Shown in pieces: positions 19,094-29,361 of a stretch of 64,000 bases of DNA; position 1 is the first letter of the stretch; each line of letters opens with the position of its first letter. Below the pieces are notes generated by a model. It made no database searches. It was not told where the DNA came from and saw only the letters and a program-made list of their open reading frames with translations. The stretch comes from Candidatus Cloacimonadales bacterium. GTDB taxonomy: Bacteria; Cloacimonadota; Cloacimonadia; Cloacimonadales; JAFGVF01. The stretch lies in assembly GCA_963663475.2 (NCBI GenBank), contig CAXXJV010000001.1, forward strand, positions 2,560,001-2,624,000. The letters run 5' to 3'. Both the position numbers and the translations under genes were made by a program.

Positions 19094-19938
19094 CTTAACT
19101 CAAAAATAAAGTCTTCAACCTCTACTCCTGCATCCTTAGCTATCACAGGGCACTTAGCTTTAAGGAGAAAAAATATCTCTCGTTTATCTTCAGATAAAGC
19201 TTCATAATTACCTTGTCCCTTGGCTATTACCAAATCAGCTTTATCAAATATTTCTTTGAAGTCAGGAGTAAAGAACTTGCTGATAGCTCCAGGAGATTTC
19301 ACACCAGAAGAAATAACCTGACAGCATTCATCAAGACCAATAAGTTTAGTTTCTTCTAGGGTTATATCATTTAAAACAGGAATATCTCTAGTAGCAAAAA
19401 CAAGATTATTATTAAATTGCTTTATCAGGATTTTATCAAAAACTGCTTCACCGCTATTATCACCAATATAAAGAATACTTTTAGCTTTAGAAAGTCTTTG
19501 GTAGAATAATTCAAAATGCCAGATTTTAAAATCTGCATTTATAGCGTCATTTAAATCATTTTTCAAGTCAAATACTCTATCCACTCCTAAATCTATAACA
19601 TTTCCTGCTGCAGCGATTTTAACAGCCATTTCCAATCTTTTTTTGGTATCTTTTATTCCTTCAACTAGACTTAAATAAACTGGATAAAGTTCTAAAGCAT
19701 GCTTAATATTCTGCTTCTTAATTTCCTTAAAAGGATCTCTTACTTTAGTTATGTCAGAAATTAACTTGTAGATAAGTCCTCCAGTTTCAGGTGGAGTACT
19801 ATCCAGGGGAATATCTTTTATAGATTCTCCCACCTTATTTAAAATTTCTTTAATTAGCTTTTCATCTTTTGTAGCAATCTTACCAGCTTTTAATGCTTGT
19901 TTCATAAAACAGGGAATACAATCTAAATATGTTTTCAT
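19063..19938 (-). CDS. Damage-control phosphatase, ARMT1/DUF89 family
   Basis: MKTYLDCIPCF, AAAGNVIDLG, YIGDNSGEAVFD, IAKGQGNYEALS, FLLKAKC. Confidence 0.92.
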   Translation of the reverse strand: MKTYLDCIPCFMKQALKAGKIATKDEKLIKEILNKVGESIKDIPLDSTPPETGGLIYKLISDITKVRDPFKEIKKQNIKHALELYPVYLSLVEGIKDTKKRLEMAVKIAAAGNVIDLGVDRVFDLKNDLNDAINADFKIWHFELFYQRLSKAKSILYIGDNSGEAVFDKILIKQFNNNLVFATRDIPVLNDITLEETKLIGLDECCQVISSGVKSPGAISKFFTPDFKEIFDKADLVIAKGQGNYEALSEDKREIFFLLKAKCPVIAKDAGVEVEDFIFELSPNNAVDLCE

Positions 19939-19962
19939 TCTAACTCACTTTCTCTTGCTAGC

Positions 19963-20817
19963 TCATTTTCCAGCATAAATTTGATTGTAGATATGATCAA
20001 GGGATATTTTGTTTTCGGTTATAGAAAGAATATGATTATTTTCTAGTTCTTTCAAATTATTATAAAGCTCTTTTTCATCTTTAACTACTAACAACTTCTC
20101 CTGAGAATCATCTAAATATGAAATATTGAAAGACTTATCAATCTTGTATTTATTTATTAAGTTCTTCAAAGAATCAGAGACAATCAGCTTCCCATCCTTC
20201 ATGATAGTAATCTTGTCTGAGACTGCTTCAATCTCACTAAGATTATGCGAAGACAGAATAATTGTTTTATCTCCACTCTTGATATAAGACTTCAAAACAG
20301 ATGATATTTCCTTAACAATTACAGGATCTAAGCCTGCAAAAGGTTCATCTAAGAAAAGAATATCTGGCTGATTAAGAAAAGTAGTACAGATAACAGTCTT
20401 TTTATACATACCAGTTGAAAGTTTAGATATTTTCTTCTTGAGGAAATCACCCAAATCAAAAGTGTCTATAAGTTTGCTTATACTTTGTTTCTTATCCTTA
20501 ATACCATAAATATCAGCAAAGAAGGATAAGGTTTCCTTAACGTTTAACTCATCATAAAGTTTGAGTTTTTCTGTCATAAAACCAGTTCTTTGAATCTGTT
20601 TTTTAGTCATCTTTTTAATATCTTTGTCTTTAAAAAGTACACTACCACTATTGAAGGGAATAACCCTATTGGCGATCATAAAAGCAGTTGTTTTACCTGC
20701 TCCATTATGACCTAAAAGAGCTTGTATTTTACCCTCTTCAATTTCCCAAGTGAAGTTATCAAGTGCCTTTTGCTTCTTATATAATTTATTAACATTTTCA
20801 AATCTAAATAAAGACAT
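19963..20817 (-). CDS. ABC exporter ATP-binding protein
   Basis: GHNGAGKTT, LSTGMYKK, LDEPFAGLD, SSHNL. Confidence 0.9.
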   Translation of the reverse strand: MSLFRFENVNKLYKKQKALDNFTWEIEEGKIQALLGHNGAGKTTAFMIANRVIPFNSGSVLFKDKDIKKMTKKQIQRTGFMTEKLKLYDELNVKETLSFFADIYGIKDKKQSISKLIDTFDLGDFLKKKISKLSTGMYKKTVICTTFLNQPDILFLDEPFAGLDPVIVKEISSVLKSYIKSGDKTIILSSHNLSEIEAVSDKITIMKDGKLIVSDSLKNLINKYKIDKSFNISYLDDSQEKLLVVKDEKELYNNLKELENNHILSITENKISLDHIYNQIYAGK

Positions 20818-20826
20818 ATTCCCTCC

Positions 20827-21831
20827 CTACATTGACCTAATTATCGTTCTCTTCATAAAGAAAATACTTAAGAAGAAAAAAGCTAGTGTGATTGCAGATA
20901 TTGTACTTAACAAGAGCCAAGAAACATCATTTCTAATAATTTGTTCGATTAGTTCAGAAACTAAGATAAGAGGATTGAACTTAAGGATTGTTTCTGTAAT
21001 AGGTGAAATCGAATCTTTCAGGGCTCCATAGAATATGGAAGGAAACCAGAAGAGCATTGGTAAAATACCTTTAATATTATCATTAGCTGTCATTGAAGCA
21101 ATAAATATCCCTAACATAGCAGTTGGGATAATGATAAATGGCAAATACCATATCATAGTTAAGTTTAGGCTTAGCTGTTTTGTTAAGATAGCAACGCAAT
21201 AAAACACTGCAAAGGTTAAAACTTGCATAATAAATACACCTATAAGCTTACTAATAATCAGTTCAGCCTTGCTAATCCCAGATTTTAGTAAAATCAAAAT
21301 ATTATGTTTTTTTATCTCCAAGCTCAACAAAGCTGTACCATAGTTTAAGGATGAGAAAACTAAGAGAAAGTTAAAAACCATGGATAAGAGAGCATAGTTC
21401 ATAGAAAATTTCTTCTTAAGGTTAAAGTGCTTGCTTGTCATCGGATTAAATTTACTTCTAATTAAATGATATCCAAAAGTTGATTTATTCTTATTCATAT
21501 TTAAATAGAGAGTTCTCTCTCCATCATCTAAATAATAGATTACTGGTAACTTCCCTTTTTCAAAGTCTTCCAGCATACTTGTTTTATCCATATACTCTAT
21601 TTTAACAGGTAACTTTTCTTCTAAATACTCAAAATAGTCTTCTGACTTATTATCAAATTCATAAGCCAAATCTTTATCTACCCATACCTTTAAATTATCA
21701 GCTGAAGATTTCTCCATATATCCAAATAAAAATAGATAGAGCAGGGGTAAACCTAGCGAAAATATCAGCATAAAAGGGCTTTTATATTGAATCTTAAAAT
21801 CTTTAACTATCAATGCTATAAACTTTTTCAT
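20827..21831 (-). CDS. ABC-2 type exporter permease
   Basis: N-terminal TM, extracytoplasmic loop, five C-terminal TMs with FNPL; co-oriented with the ATPase. Confidence 0.8.
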   Translation of the reverse strand: MKKFIALIVKDFKIQYKSPFMLIFSLGLPLLYLFLFGYMEKSSADNLKVWVDKDLAYEFDNKSEDYFEYLEEKLPVKIEYMDKTSMLEDFEKGKLPVIYYLDDGERTLYLNMNKNKSTFGYHLIRSKFNPMTSKHFNLKKKFSMNYALLSMVFNFLLVFSSLNYGTALLSLEIKKHNILILLKSGISKAELIISKLIGVFIMQVLTFAVFYCVAILTKQLSLNLTMIWYLPFIIIPTAMLGIFIASMTANDNIKGILPMLFWFPSIFYGALKDSISPITETILKFNPLILVSELIEQIIRNDVSWLLLSTISAITLAFFFLSIFFMKRTIIRSM

Positions 21832-21916
21832 TTTACCTCACTTTTTATTAAACATAATCCCGAATTGGGCGTAGAGCTTTAGACAAGATTGCATATACTT
21901 TACTAAAGATACTGCC

Positions 21917-22894
21917 TTATTCTGCTTTAATTATAAATTCCTGTCCATTAATCTCCCAACCATAATTGCCGTCAAACTTTATTCTTGTTGCTGAGGAATC
22001 GAAAGTATAAGTTATCTTAGTGGGAAAGGCTGATAGTTGGAAAGTATCTTGCTTAGTTGGAATTAGTAGAATCTTGTTAAACCAGGAGAAATGTAGAAAA
22101 AGACGATTATTTTCTTTGCTGATAGTTACAGATGTCTTATCACCCTCTTTAGTGAACATCCTGCCACAATATTTATCAGCATGGTCAACTCTACTATCAT
22201 TTTCACCCATGTAAGAAAGAGCAAAATGTTCAGCTATTTTCTTATGATGAGCTTGCCATTGATTTTCTTCAGGATTAATTTTTAAGATTAACTTGTCAAT
22301 AGTAAGATTATCAAAAATAGCTTTCGATAAATCGCGACAATCAGTCCACATAGCATAAATACTTTCATCTCCCTGATAGCCATTTATTTTGTAATAAAGC
22401 TCATCTCCAGGATCTAATATTATCTTCTTCCAGCTTTCTCCTCTAGTTATAAACGCATTTTCCAGTGTTTTTTGAGGATTAGTTGAATAGAGAAATACAA
22501 AAGTACTATCAACTTGACTAATTATTTCGAATAGCTTATGATAAAAATTCTTAATCAGTTCATGTTTATAAGCAACTGGAAAAAAATAACGTACTATGTT
22601 CTGGAAAATGCAACCTTCCATAACATGTACTTTATCAGATGATTTAATGGACTCTATGAAGACTCTCCATCTACTTAAAAGATCTTCAATGTTTTGATTC
22701 ATTCCTTGCTCAGTTTTATAATCAGCAACCTTAAACTCTCCCCCATCCTTCCATCTGATAGGGTGTTTATCCATTTCTTCATGATACCAAATATTATCAA
22801 TCCCATTATCTTTGTATAATTTAGATATATATTGGGAAGTAGTAGATTTACCAGCACCACTCATACCACTTACTATGATTAACTTCGTTTTCAT
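21917..22894 (-). CDS. P-loop nucleoside/nucleotide kinase-like protein
   Basis: N-terminal IIVSGMSGAGKSTT Walker A, VMEG Walker B-like motif. Confidence 0.6.
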   Translation of the reverse strand: MKTKLIIVSGMSGAGKSTTSQYISKLYKDNGIDNIWYHEEMDKHPIRWKDGGEFKVADYKTEQGMNQNIEDLLSRWRVFIESIKSSDKVHVMEGCIFQNIVRYFFPVAYKHELIKNFYHKLFEIISQVDSTFVFLYSTNPQKTLENAFITRGESWKKIILDPGDELYYKINGYQGDESIYAMWTDCRDLSKAIFDNLTIDKLILKINPEENQWQAHHKKIAEHFALSYMGENDSRVDHADKYCGRMFTKEGDKTSVTISKENNRLFLHFSWFNKILLIPTKQDTFQLSAFPTKITYTFDSSATRIKFDGNYGWEINGQEFIIKAE

Positions 22895-23018
22895 CTAAAC
22901 ATCTCCTTTATTATACTATAATTATAATATCAATTATATAAGTATATTTTTTTTAATATGTTCAAAATATAATTTGACACTGTATTAGTCAATTTTTTTA
23001 TAGAATAAAGGAGTAAAT

Positions 23019-23816
23019 ATGGAAAATTATAAAAAATATACAGAATCTAATCGACAAGCTTGGAATGAAGCTACCCCCTATCATAAAGAAGCAATGGATG
23101 AGAAATGGGATAAGATGTTTTCTGATCCCAACTTCATCTTTCAAAAAGACCCTGAACTTAAAGAGTTGAAGGAAATTGCTATTAAAGACAAAGATATTGC
23201 TCATTTATCCTGCAATAATGGAATCGAACTTATGTCGTTGAAGAGACTAGGTGCAGGCAAGTGTCTTGGCTTCGATATAAGCGACCTAGCAATTGAAGAA
23301 GCTGAGAAGAGGGCTAGCAAATTTTCAATTGATTGTCAGTTTATTAGAAGCGATGTCTTAGAAATTACTGCTGACCACTTTGGTAAGTTTGATTTGGTAT
23401 ATATCACTGTTGGAGCTTTGGCATGGATTCCAGATAAAAGAAAGTACTTCGATACTGCTTATAAGCTTCTGAGACCTCAAGGCAAAATTTTTATCTATGA
23501 ACATCATCCCTTTGGAGATGTCTTCCCCTATGATGATGAATATAAAGGAGTCTTAGAAGCTAAATATAAGTACTTCAATAAGGAGATTTATTCTGATAAC
23601 CAGGGAATTGATTATTATGGTGGCAAAACTTATAAATCCAGTCCTTCATATGAATTTACATACACTATCTCTGATTTAATCAATATATTAGCTGACCTAG
23701 GTTTTACCATTAAGAAATTTAATGAATATGCCCATGATATAGCTTTATGTAGAACTTACTTGAATCAACAAGAAGGTAAAGTACCCCTTAGTTATATTAT
23801 GATTGCAGAGAAATAA
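23019..23816 (+). CDS. Class I SAM-dependent methyltransferase
   Basis: IAHLSCNNGIE, GFDIS, FDLVYITVGALAWIPD, LRPQGKIFIYEHHP. Confidence 0.85.
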   Translation: MENYKKYTESNRQAWNEATPYHKEAMDEKWDKMFSDPNFIFQKDPELKELKEIAIKDKDIAHLSCNNGIELMSLKRLGAGKCLGFDISDLAIEEAEKRASKFSIDCQFIRSDVLEITADHFGKFDLVYITVGALAWIPDKRKYFDTAYKLLRPQGKIFIYEHHPFGDVFPYDDEYKGVLEAKYKYFNKEIYSDNQGIDYYGGKTYKSSPSYEFTYTISDLINILADLGFTIKKFNEYAHDIALCRTYLNQQEGKVPLSYIMIAEK

Positions 23817-23909
23817 TTATCAGCTAAGATAAAAAAGCTATTTTCATAATTTGCCAAATAGCTTTTATGGATTATTTTCTGTTATTATATTAAATAAAGG
23901 AGATTGATA

Positions 23910-24152
23910 ATGGAAAAGAGACTTACAGTAATAGTATTCACTACCCCTACATGTTCTTGGTGCAAGAAAGTAAAGACTTATTTAAAGGAAAAGCAAATCA
24001 GATATAAAGAAGTTGATGTATCTAGAGATCAAAGAGCAATGAAAGATATGGTCAGAAAATCTGGACAAATGGGCGTCCCTCAATTATGGATAAATAATAG
24101 GCCTGTAGTTGGTTTTGATAAAGCAAAAATTGATAGGTTAATAAAAAACTAG
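23910..24152 (+). CDS. Glutaredoxin-like protein (NrdH/YruB type)
   Basis: TPTCSWCKK CxxC, GQMGVP, VGFDK; AAGGAG RBS. Confidence 0.9.
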   Translation: MEKRLTVIVFTTPTCSWCKKVKTYLKEKQIRYKEVDVSRDQRAMKDMVRKSGQMGVPQLWINNRPVVGFDKAKIDRLIKN

Positions 24153-24158
24153 AGGTGT

Positions 24159-24920
24159 ATGATTGAAATAAACATTAGAAAGACTATAAAGGAAATAGTT
24201 CAGGAAATAGTCCCTGACAACAAACTTTTAGCTATAGGATTAACTGGTAGTTATGCTAATAATTCTTATGATGAAACAAGTGATGTTGATATCCTTTGTA
24301 TTACATGTAATATTGCTTCATCAGACCATATCATAATCCGAGATAAGTATTATGTGATTAATATTGTTGACGAAAACTACATTAATGAGCTTTTCAGACA
24401 TTCTAATCTTCATATTTCTGAAATTCATGGTTATTCTTATATGAAAATAATTTATGAAAGAGAAAGAGGCTTCTTAGATAATATTATTACTCATGCTAGA
24501 GATAAAATAGGAAGCCAGCAATATGAAACTACTAAAGCAAAAGAAGAGTTTATTGCTTGGCTTGAAGAGGTACAAAAAGCAATCTCAGGATACAAGTCAA
24601 ATGACCATAACAAAATGCTTCAAGGTATTCATGGCTTATCGTTTGGAATGTTTAACACCCTCAAATACTATTATAACATAATCCCAATAACAGATAATGA
24701 GTTTTTTGATAAAATTGTTTCTTTCAATGATTTTACTCGAGCCTTAAAGAAAACTTCTTTGCTTGCTTTTGGTCTAGTAGAAGTATCTGGGATTAAAGAA
24801 CGAATAGAGAATGGCTTTCAAGTCTTTAAAGCTGTTTCTTCAAAAATCTATCCAAGTCTATCAAAGAGAGAAAAGGAATATCTTGATTTGCTAGCTGGTA
24901 AAATTGATAATCTCATCTAA
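24159..24920 (+). CDS. Nucleotidyltransferase (Pol-beta superfamily)
   Basis: GLTGSYANN...SDVDILCI GS/DxD motif plus a helical C-terminal domain. Confidence 0.7.
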   Translation: MIEINIRKTIKEIVQEIVPDNKLLAIGLTGSYANNSYDETSDVDILCITCNIASSDHIIIRDKYYVINIVDENYINELFRHSNLHISEIHGYSYMKIIYERERGFLDNIITHARDKIGSQQYETTKAKEEFIAWLEEVQKAISGYKSNDHNKMLQGIHGLSFGMFNTLKYYYNIIPITDNEFFDKIVSFNDFTRALKKTSLLAFGLVEVSGIKERIENGFQVFKAVSSKIYPSLSKREKEYLDLLAGKIDNLI

Positions 24921-24925
24921 ATTGA

Positions 24926-26068
24926 TTATTTGAGCATTATCATTTTTCGTCTGGCCAACTCATGTCCCTTAGTCTTCAGTAGATAAAGATAGATTCCACT
25001 AGCTACCTCTACTCCCCTTTTATCTTTGCCATCCCAATGAATATTATAATTATCTGATTTTCTGGCATCTATCATAAAATTGTTAACTAACTGACCTTTA
25101 AGATTATAAATCTGAAGTTGCAAATCTGGGTAATTCCTATCTAACTCAAAGCTAATATTTGTGTTAGGATTAAAAGGATTTGGATAATTAATCAGTTTTA
25201 TCTGACAAGGGTGAAGGGTGTCTTGATCAAAAGCACTTACATTATTTGTTAAATTATATTCAATCTGACCACTATTTTGATAATCAGAAAGTAAATTCTC
25301 AAAATCTGTCTGATCATTACTATCCCCTGTTAAAGCATAATCAATAAAGGCTTTAGCTAAATTATAAGCCAGATTATTATCAGTGATACCTAGATGATTC
25401 TCTCCTAGCAGAGAAACTATACTTTTATAATCAGCAGATATATTCTGATATATTGGTATTTGATTACTATTTTCTGGGGTAATATTATCATTAGAAGCTG
25501 AAAAGATTAGTGAGGGAACATAAATATCACTTGCATTATCAATGGCAGAAGGGGAAGTCTCTGCTGCAGCAAAGTTAACCAAAGCTGAGAAGATATTAGA
25601 CTGAGATGCTGCTAAAACAGAAACACCACCTCCCATAGAATGACCTGAAACAATAGATTGGTTAGCTACTGTTTGATAAAGAGGTGAGTTGTCATTTTCT
25701 CCTTCTCCATCTAGAGCTGAAACCAGAAATGTTAAATCAAGAGCAAATTCACTGTGACTAGGGTAAAAACCACTTTCAGTATATGGTAAGGCTACAATAA
25801 ATCCTTGACTAGCAAAGAATTGAGCTAATTGAGAATAACTAGCTGGTGTCATTAACCAACCATGACCAAATATTAGCTTAGGAAATGAATCTAGTCTACC
25901 ACTAGCTTTGTCTTCACTAATTGGGTAGTATATCTTGGTATTGATTTCTCGATTATTACGAGAACTATCTATGAATACTTTATCGTAACTATCTACTTCA
26001 TAAGCAGATATTCCAATTGCTAGCATTAAAATGGCTATTAATAGAATACTTTTCATCATTAACCTCAT
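24926..26068 (-). CDS. Secreted alpha/beta hydrolase (chlorophyllase/cutinase-like) with FlgD-Ig C-terminal domain
   Basis: Signal peptide, FGHGW oxyanion loop, SGHSMGGG nucleophile elbow, SNDNIT Asp, GENH His, NYPNPFNPNT CTD. Confidence 0.85.
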   Translation of the reverse strand: MRLMMKSILLIAILMLAIGISAYEVDSYDKVFIDSSRNNREINTKIYYPISEDKASGRLDSFPKLIFGHGWLMTPASYSQLAQFFASQGFIVALPYTESGFYPSHSEFALDLTFLVSALDGEGENDNSPLYQTVANQSIVSGHSMGGGVSVLAASQSNIFSALVNFAAAETSPSAIDNASDIYVPSLIFSASNDNITPENSNQIPIYQNISADYKSIVSLLGENHLGITDNNLAYNLAKAFIDYALTGDSNDQTDFENLLSDYQNSGQIEYNLTNNVSAFDQDTLHPCQIKLINYPNPFNPNTNISFELDRNYPDLQLQIYNLKGQLVNNFMIDARKSDNYNIHWDGKDKRGVEVASGIYLYLLKTKGHELARRKMIMLK

Positions 26069-26128
26069 TTATTTAACTTATATTATTATAATAATAATTT
26101 TTGTAAATTAGTCAAGCTATATCTTTTA

Positions 26129-26322
26129 ACCCAGCTAGTATAGTAGAACTTTAGTAATATTTCGCTAATGCTAGTTATCACAGATGAAGAGGCATATTCT
26201 TCTAGCAAAATAGCTTACAGAATTTTAACCTAGATAATATATATGCTCTGAGAAATAATGGATCTTACTTTTGCAGAAGAATATTGAGCTATTCACAAAG
26301 GTCTACTGCACTATTATTTGGG
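26129..26322. mobile_element. MITE family C, long copy
   Basis: ACCCAGCTAGTATAGTAGAACTTT ... AAAGGTCTACTGCACTATTATTTGGG; interior similar to 18906-19093. Confidence 0.75.
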
Positions 26323-26327
26323 ATAAT

Positions 26328-26522
26328 ACATTATTTATCCTTTTATTAAACCCTTACAGGGTATCTCTTTGGGTTAGCCTTCATTACCCAGGCTTGCGAT
26401 ACTTTCAGCATCTTACCCTGGGCTAAATTATTTTATCCCTTTCAGGGATTTTTGATGAATCAATATAGTAATGAAATATTCTCATTATCCTATAATATTC
26501 CCACCAGACTTGAACTTGAGCC
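26328..26522. mobile_element. MITE family A, left-truncated copy
   Basis: Near-identical to 18635-18830 and ends in CCACCAGACTTGAACTTGAGCC; a family C element sits where the left TIR should be. Confidence 0.8.
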
Positions 26523-26641
26523 ATAATTTTCACCAGACATGATCTTGATTCAAAACTTTCTACTATTTTATAAGAACAAAGCCCTGTCTAAGCAGGGCTA
26601 TCTATTTTATACTTACCGATTTTACCGTATTAATCTAGATT

Positions 26642-27985
26642 TTACTTCATCAAAATCATTTTATGACTTTCACTTTTACTATCAGTAATAATCTTAGTAA
26701 AATATATTCCAGATACTACTTTTTTATTATTATCATCTTTACCATTCCAGCTAAAGCTATGCTGTCCTAAAGGTAATTTTCCTTGATGAAGAGTTCTTAC
26801 TTTCTGCCCCTTAAGATTATAGATATATAAAGCTACATTTTCTTCAGCTATTAAAGTGAAGGAAATCCTTGTCTGAGGATTAAATGGATTAGGATAGTTT
26901 TCTAGGTTAAGAGAAATACATGCAATTTCATTAGTGTCATTTGCTACTTCACTATTAGATTGCAAATAAGGATAACCACCATTAAGCATTTGTGAATCTT
27001 GACTCCAATCTACTTGAAAATCCCATCCTACATAAGTATTATCACTATAAGGGAAGGTCATCTCTTGGCTTGTTCTTCCCTGACCTCCATCACTAGTAGG
27101 ATATTCAGAAGCATCAATATCCCAATAACTGCTGATAATCTGAGCATTAACATGGTTCTCACCAGCAAATCCACCTACCAAATAATTATTTTCAACAATA
27201 ACTTTTCCTATAGAATAGCAGTTTTGAATAATAGCATCATTCATTTCAGCCACAATTTTAGCATTATAACCGATAAAACCACCAACTAAACCATCAATTT
27301 CAGAAGTCACATCACCTAAAGAATAGCAATTAATAATTGCAGAATCTCTGTTTACACCAACAAAGCCACCAGCCCTTACGTAAGATCCATATTCACCGCT
27401 AGCGTTAACATTTACATTGGTAAAGCAAGATTCTATATGACTGTTACCAACATTACCACCTATTAGACCACCTACCCAATATTCCGCATTAATAGAACCT
27501 ATTGCAAAACAGTTTGTTATGCTACAGCCAGTAGAATATCCAGTCAAAGATCCTGCATAACCTTGAGCTGTAATATCAAGATTGATTAATCCTAAATCAC
27601 TTACACTTGCAGAGTTTAATTCTCCGAAGAAGCCAACATTTTCTGTGTTTGGTCTATTAATATAAATACCTGAGATAACATGATTATTCCCGTTATAAGT
27701 ACCTGTAAATCTTTCAAAATCCGTCTCTGAATGCCAGTAACCTAATGGAGACCAACCTTGACCATTATTGATACTTTGACTCTGGGAAGCATCAATATCT
27801 GCTGTTTGAATAAAATTACTTGTCCAAGAACCTGTATTTTCACTTATCCATAACAAATTTTCAAAAGAAGCTATCTGATATGGATCACTAGCAGAACCAG
27901 ATCCCTGAGGCATTAATGCCTGAGCAAAAAGTGATAAAACTACAACATTGAATAAAATAATAATCCCTACAATTTTAATCTTCAT
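26642..27985 (-). CDS. Secreted GLUG-motif protein with FlgD-Ig C-terminal domain
   Basis: GSGSASDPYQI, FTGTYNGNNHVISG, repeated VGGLIG/AGGFVG GLUG motifs, NYPNPFNPQT CTD. Confidence 0.85.
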   Translation of the reverse strand: MKIKIVGIIILFNVVVLSLFAQALMPQGSGSASDPYQIASFENLLWISENTGSWTSNFIQTADIDASQSQSINNGQGWSPLGYWHSETDFERFTGTYNGNNHVISGIYINRPNTENVGFFGELNSASVSDLGLINLDITAQGYAGSLTGYSTGCSITNCFAIGSINAEYWVGGLIGGNVGNSHIESCFTNVNVNASGEYGSYVRAGGFVGVNRDSAIINCYSLGDVTSEIDGLVGGFIGYNAKIVAEMNDAIIQNCYSIGKVIVENNYLVGGFAGENHVNAQIISSYWDIDASEYPTSDGGQGRTSQEMTFPYSDNTYVGWDFQVDWSQDSQMLNGGYPYLQSNSEVANDTNEIACISLNLENYPNPFNPQTRISFTLIAEENVALYIYNLKGQKVRTLHQGKLPLGQHSFSWNGKDDNNKKVVSGIYFTKIITDSKSESHKMILMK

Positions 27986-28086
27986 CTTTTCTCCTAAGTC
28001 TTAATTCATTAACACTGTTAATAAATGCAAATTTCCTTAGTAACTTAAAAGTGTCAAGAATGAATCAAAGTCTTATAAAAAAAGGC

Positions 28087-28205
28087 TCTCTCTCAAGCAG
28101 ACCAGTGTTCCTCAACCGCAGGTAAGGGACTTCGGGCTGAGAACAACATTCCCCTTTCAGCTCGTAAGAGCGGTATGAGAGGGGTGCCGTAAGGCGGGGA
28201 GAGTA
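28087..28205. repeat. Family B unit (inverted) plus a GC-rich CCCCT...GGGG palindrome
   Basis: CAAGCAGACCAGTGTTCCTCAACCGCAGGTAAGGGACTT is the reverse complement of the 52653-52761 units; followed by TCCCCTTTCA...GAGAGGGGTGCCGTAAGGCGGGG. Confidence 0.75.
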
Positions 28206-28256
28206 AACATTCCCCTTAAAGGTTAAGAAAAACTTAACAAGCCATAATCTTGTTTT

Positions 28257-29354
28257 TCAATCTTTCTTACTTTCATGCAAATCTTTCCATTGTATAATTT
28301 CTTCTGGTAATTTAGGTATCTCTTCCTCTCTTTCAGAAAGCTCGTGATATACTTTTATGAAGAAGTGGAAACCATTTTTTAAACAAAGCTCAATTCCCTC
28401 TCTACCTTGATATTTTTCAATGTGATAGGCCATGAATAATGCAGGTATACAAAGATATTTATCCCAAAATTGACCATAGGTCCCTTGGAGAGCAAGCTCT
28501 CTTTTCTTTGTAATATCTTCATCATCTGAGAAAATAACTTTCGCCTTATCTCTAAGTGTTTCAAAGGCCTTTTTTTCCTTATCTTTAATATTCTGGCTTT
28601 GATTATAAATTTCAGCTATTTCTTTTCCATTGGCAATATAATGGGCCAAGCCTTCATTAAACATTAGAATAATAACTTCATCAGCAAAGCTTTTATTGCC
28701 ATTACCTTTCCATTTTTCCTTATTAAAATCAGCAAAAAGTGCATGAAATACTTCATGAGACATAACATTTTGTAGAGTCTTAATCTTTTGATCTATACTT
28801 TGCCCATAAGTAGTGTTAACAAGAGTAAGATTAAAGATTATTGCAGATTTTCCACTTTGTGAAAGCTGATATTTGTTATTCTTGCATTCATATTTGAAAG
28901 TCATAGCATCCCCCCATTTCCACCCTGTCACTGAAAAAAATACTTCATAGGTTGAATTAGGTTGCCATGTGTTGGGAAAATAGTAACCTGCTCTTTCATA
29001 TACTTCATCTAAGAAGTCATTTTTGGAAATGTGTTGTATTAATTCAGTGATTTCTTCCTTCTGAGAACAAGCATCATTTATCAGATAATCAATCTCTGGC
29101 AAAGAATCACCTTGCAAAAACTTACTTAAGATAGTTGCAAAAGTCTCTGCTTCTTTTTCATTTTGCAACAACAATTGTTCCATCAACTGATTAGCTGGTA
29201 GCATTGCAATTCTTGATATAGATTGAGACTTATTTTCTTGATTAAGCCATTCAAGAGTTTGTTGGGCATCTTTAATCTTGATATCCAATCTTTTAGTTGC
29301 TGTAAGACTGGTTACCATACAAGAAGACATAATAAGTATAATTATTACTAGCAT
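28257..29354 (-). CDS. Putative zinc metalloprotease, possibly a lipoprotein (DUF5700/DUF2268-like)
   Basis: SHEVFHA HExxH followed by NEGLAHY; hydrophobic N-terminus ending MSSC. Confidence 0.7.
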   Translation of the reverse strand: MLVIIILIMSSCMVTSLTATKRLDIKIKDAQQTLEWLNQENKSQSISRIAMLPANQLMEQLLLQNEKEAETFATILSKFLQGDSLPEIDYLINDACSQKEEITELIQHISKNDFLDEVYERAGYYFPNTWQPNSTYEVFFSVTGWKWGDAMTFKYECKNNKYQLSQSGKSAIIFNLTLVNTTYGQSIDQKIKTLQNVMSHEVFHALFADFNKEKWKGNGNKSFADEVIILMFNEGLAHYIANGKEIAEIYNQSQNIKDKEKKAFETLRDKAKVIFSDDEDITKKRELALQGTYGQFWDKYLCIPALFMAYHIEKYQGREGIELCLKNGFHFFIKVYHELSEREEEIPKLPEEIIQWKDLHESKKD

Positions 29355-29361
29355 AAGTTAA

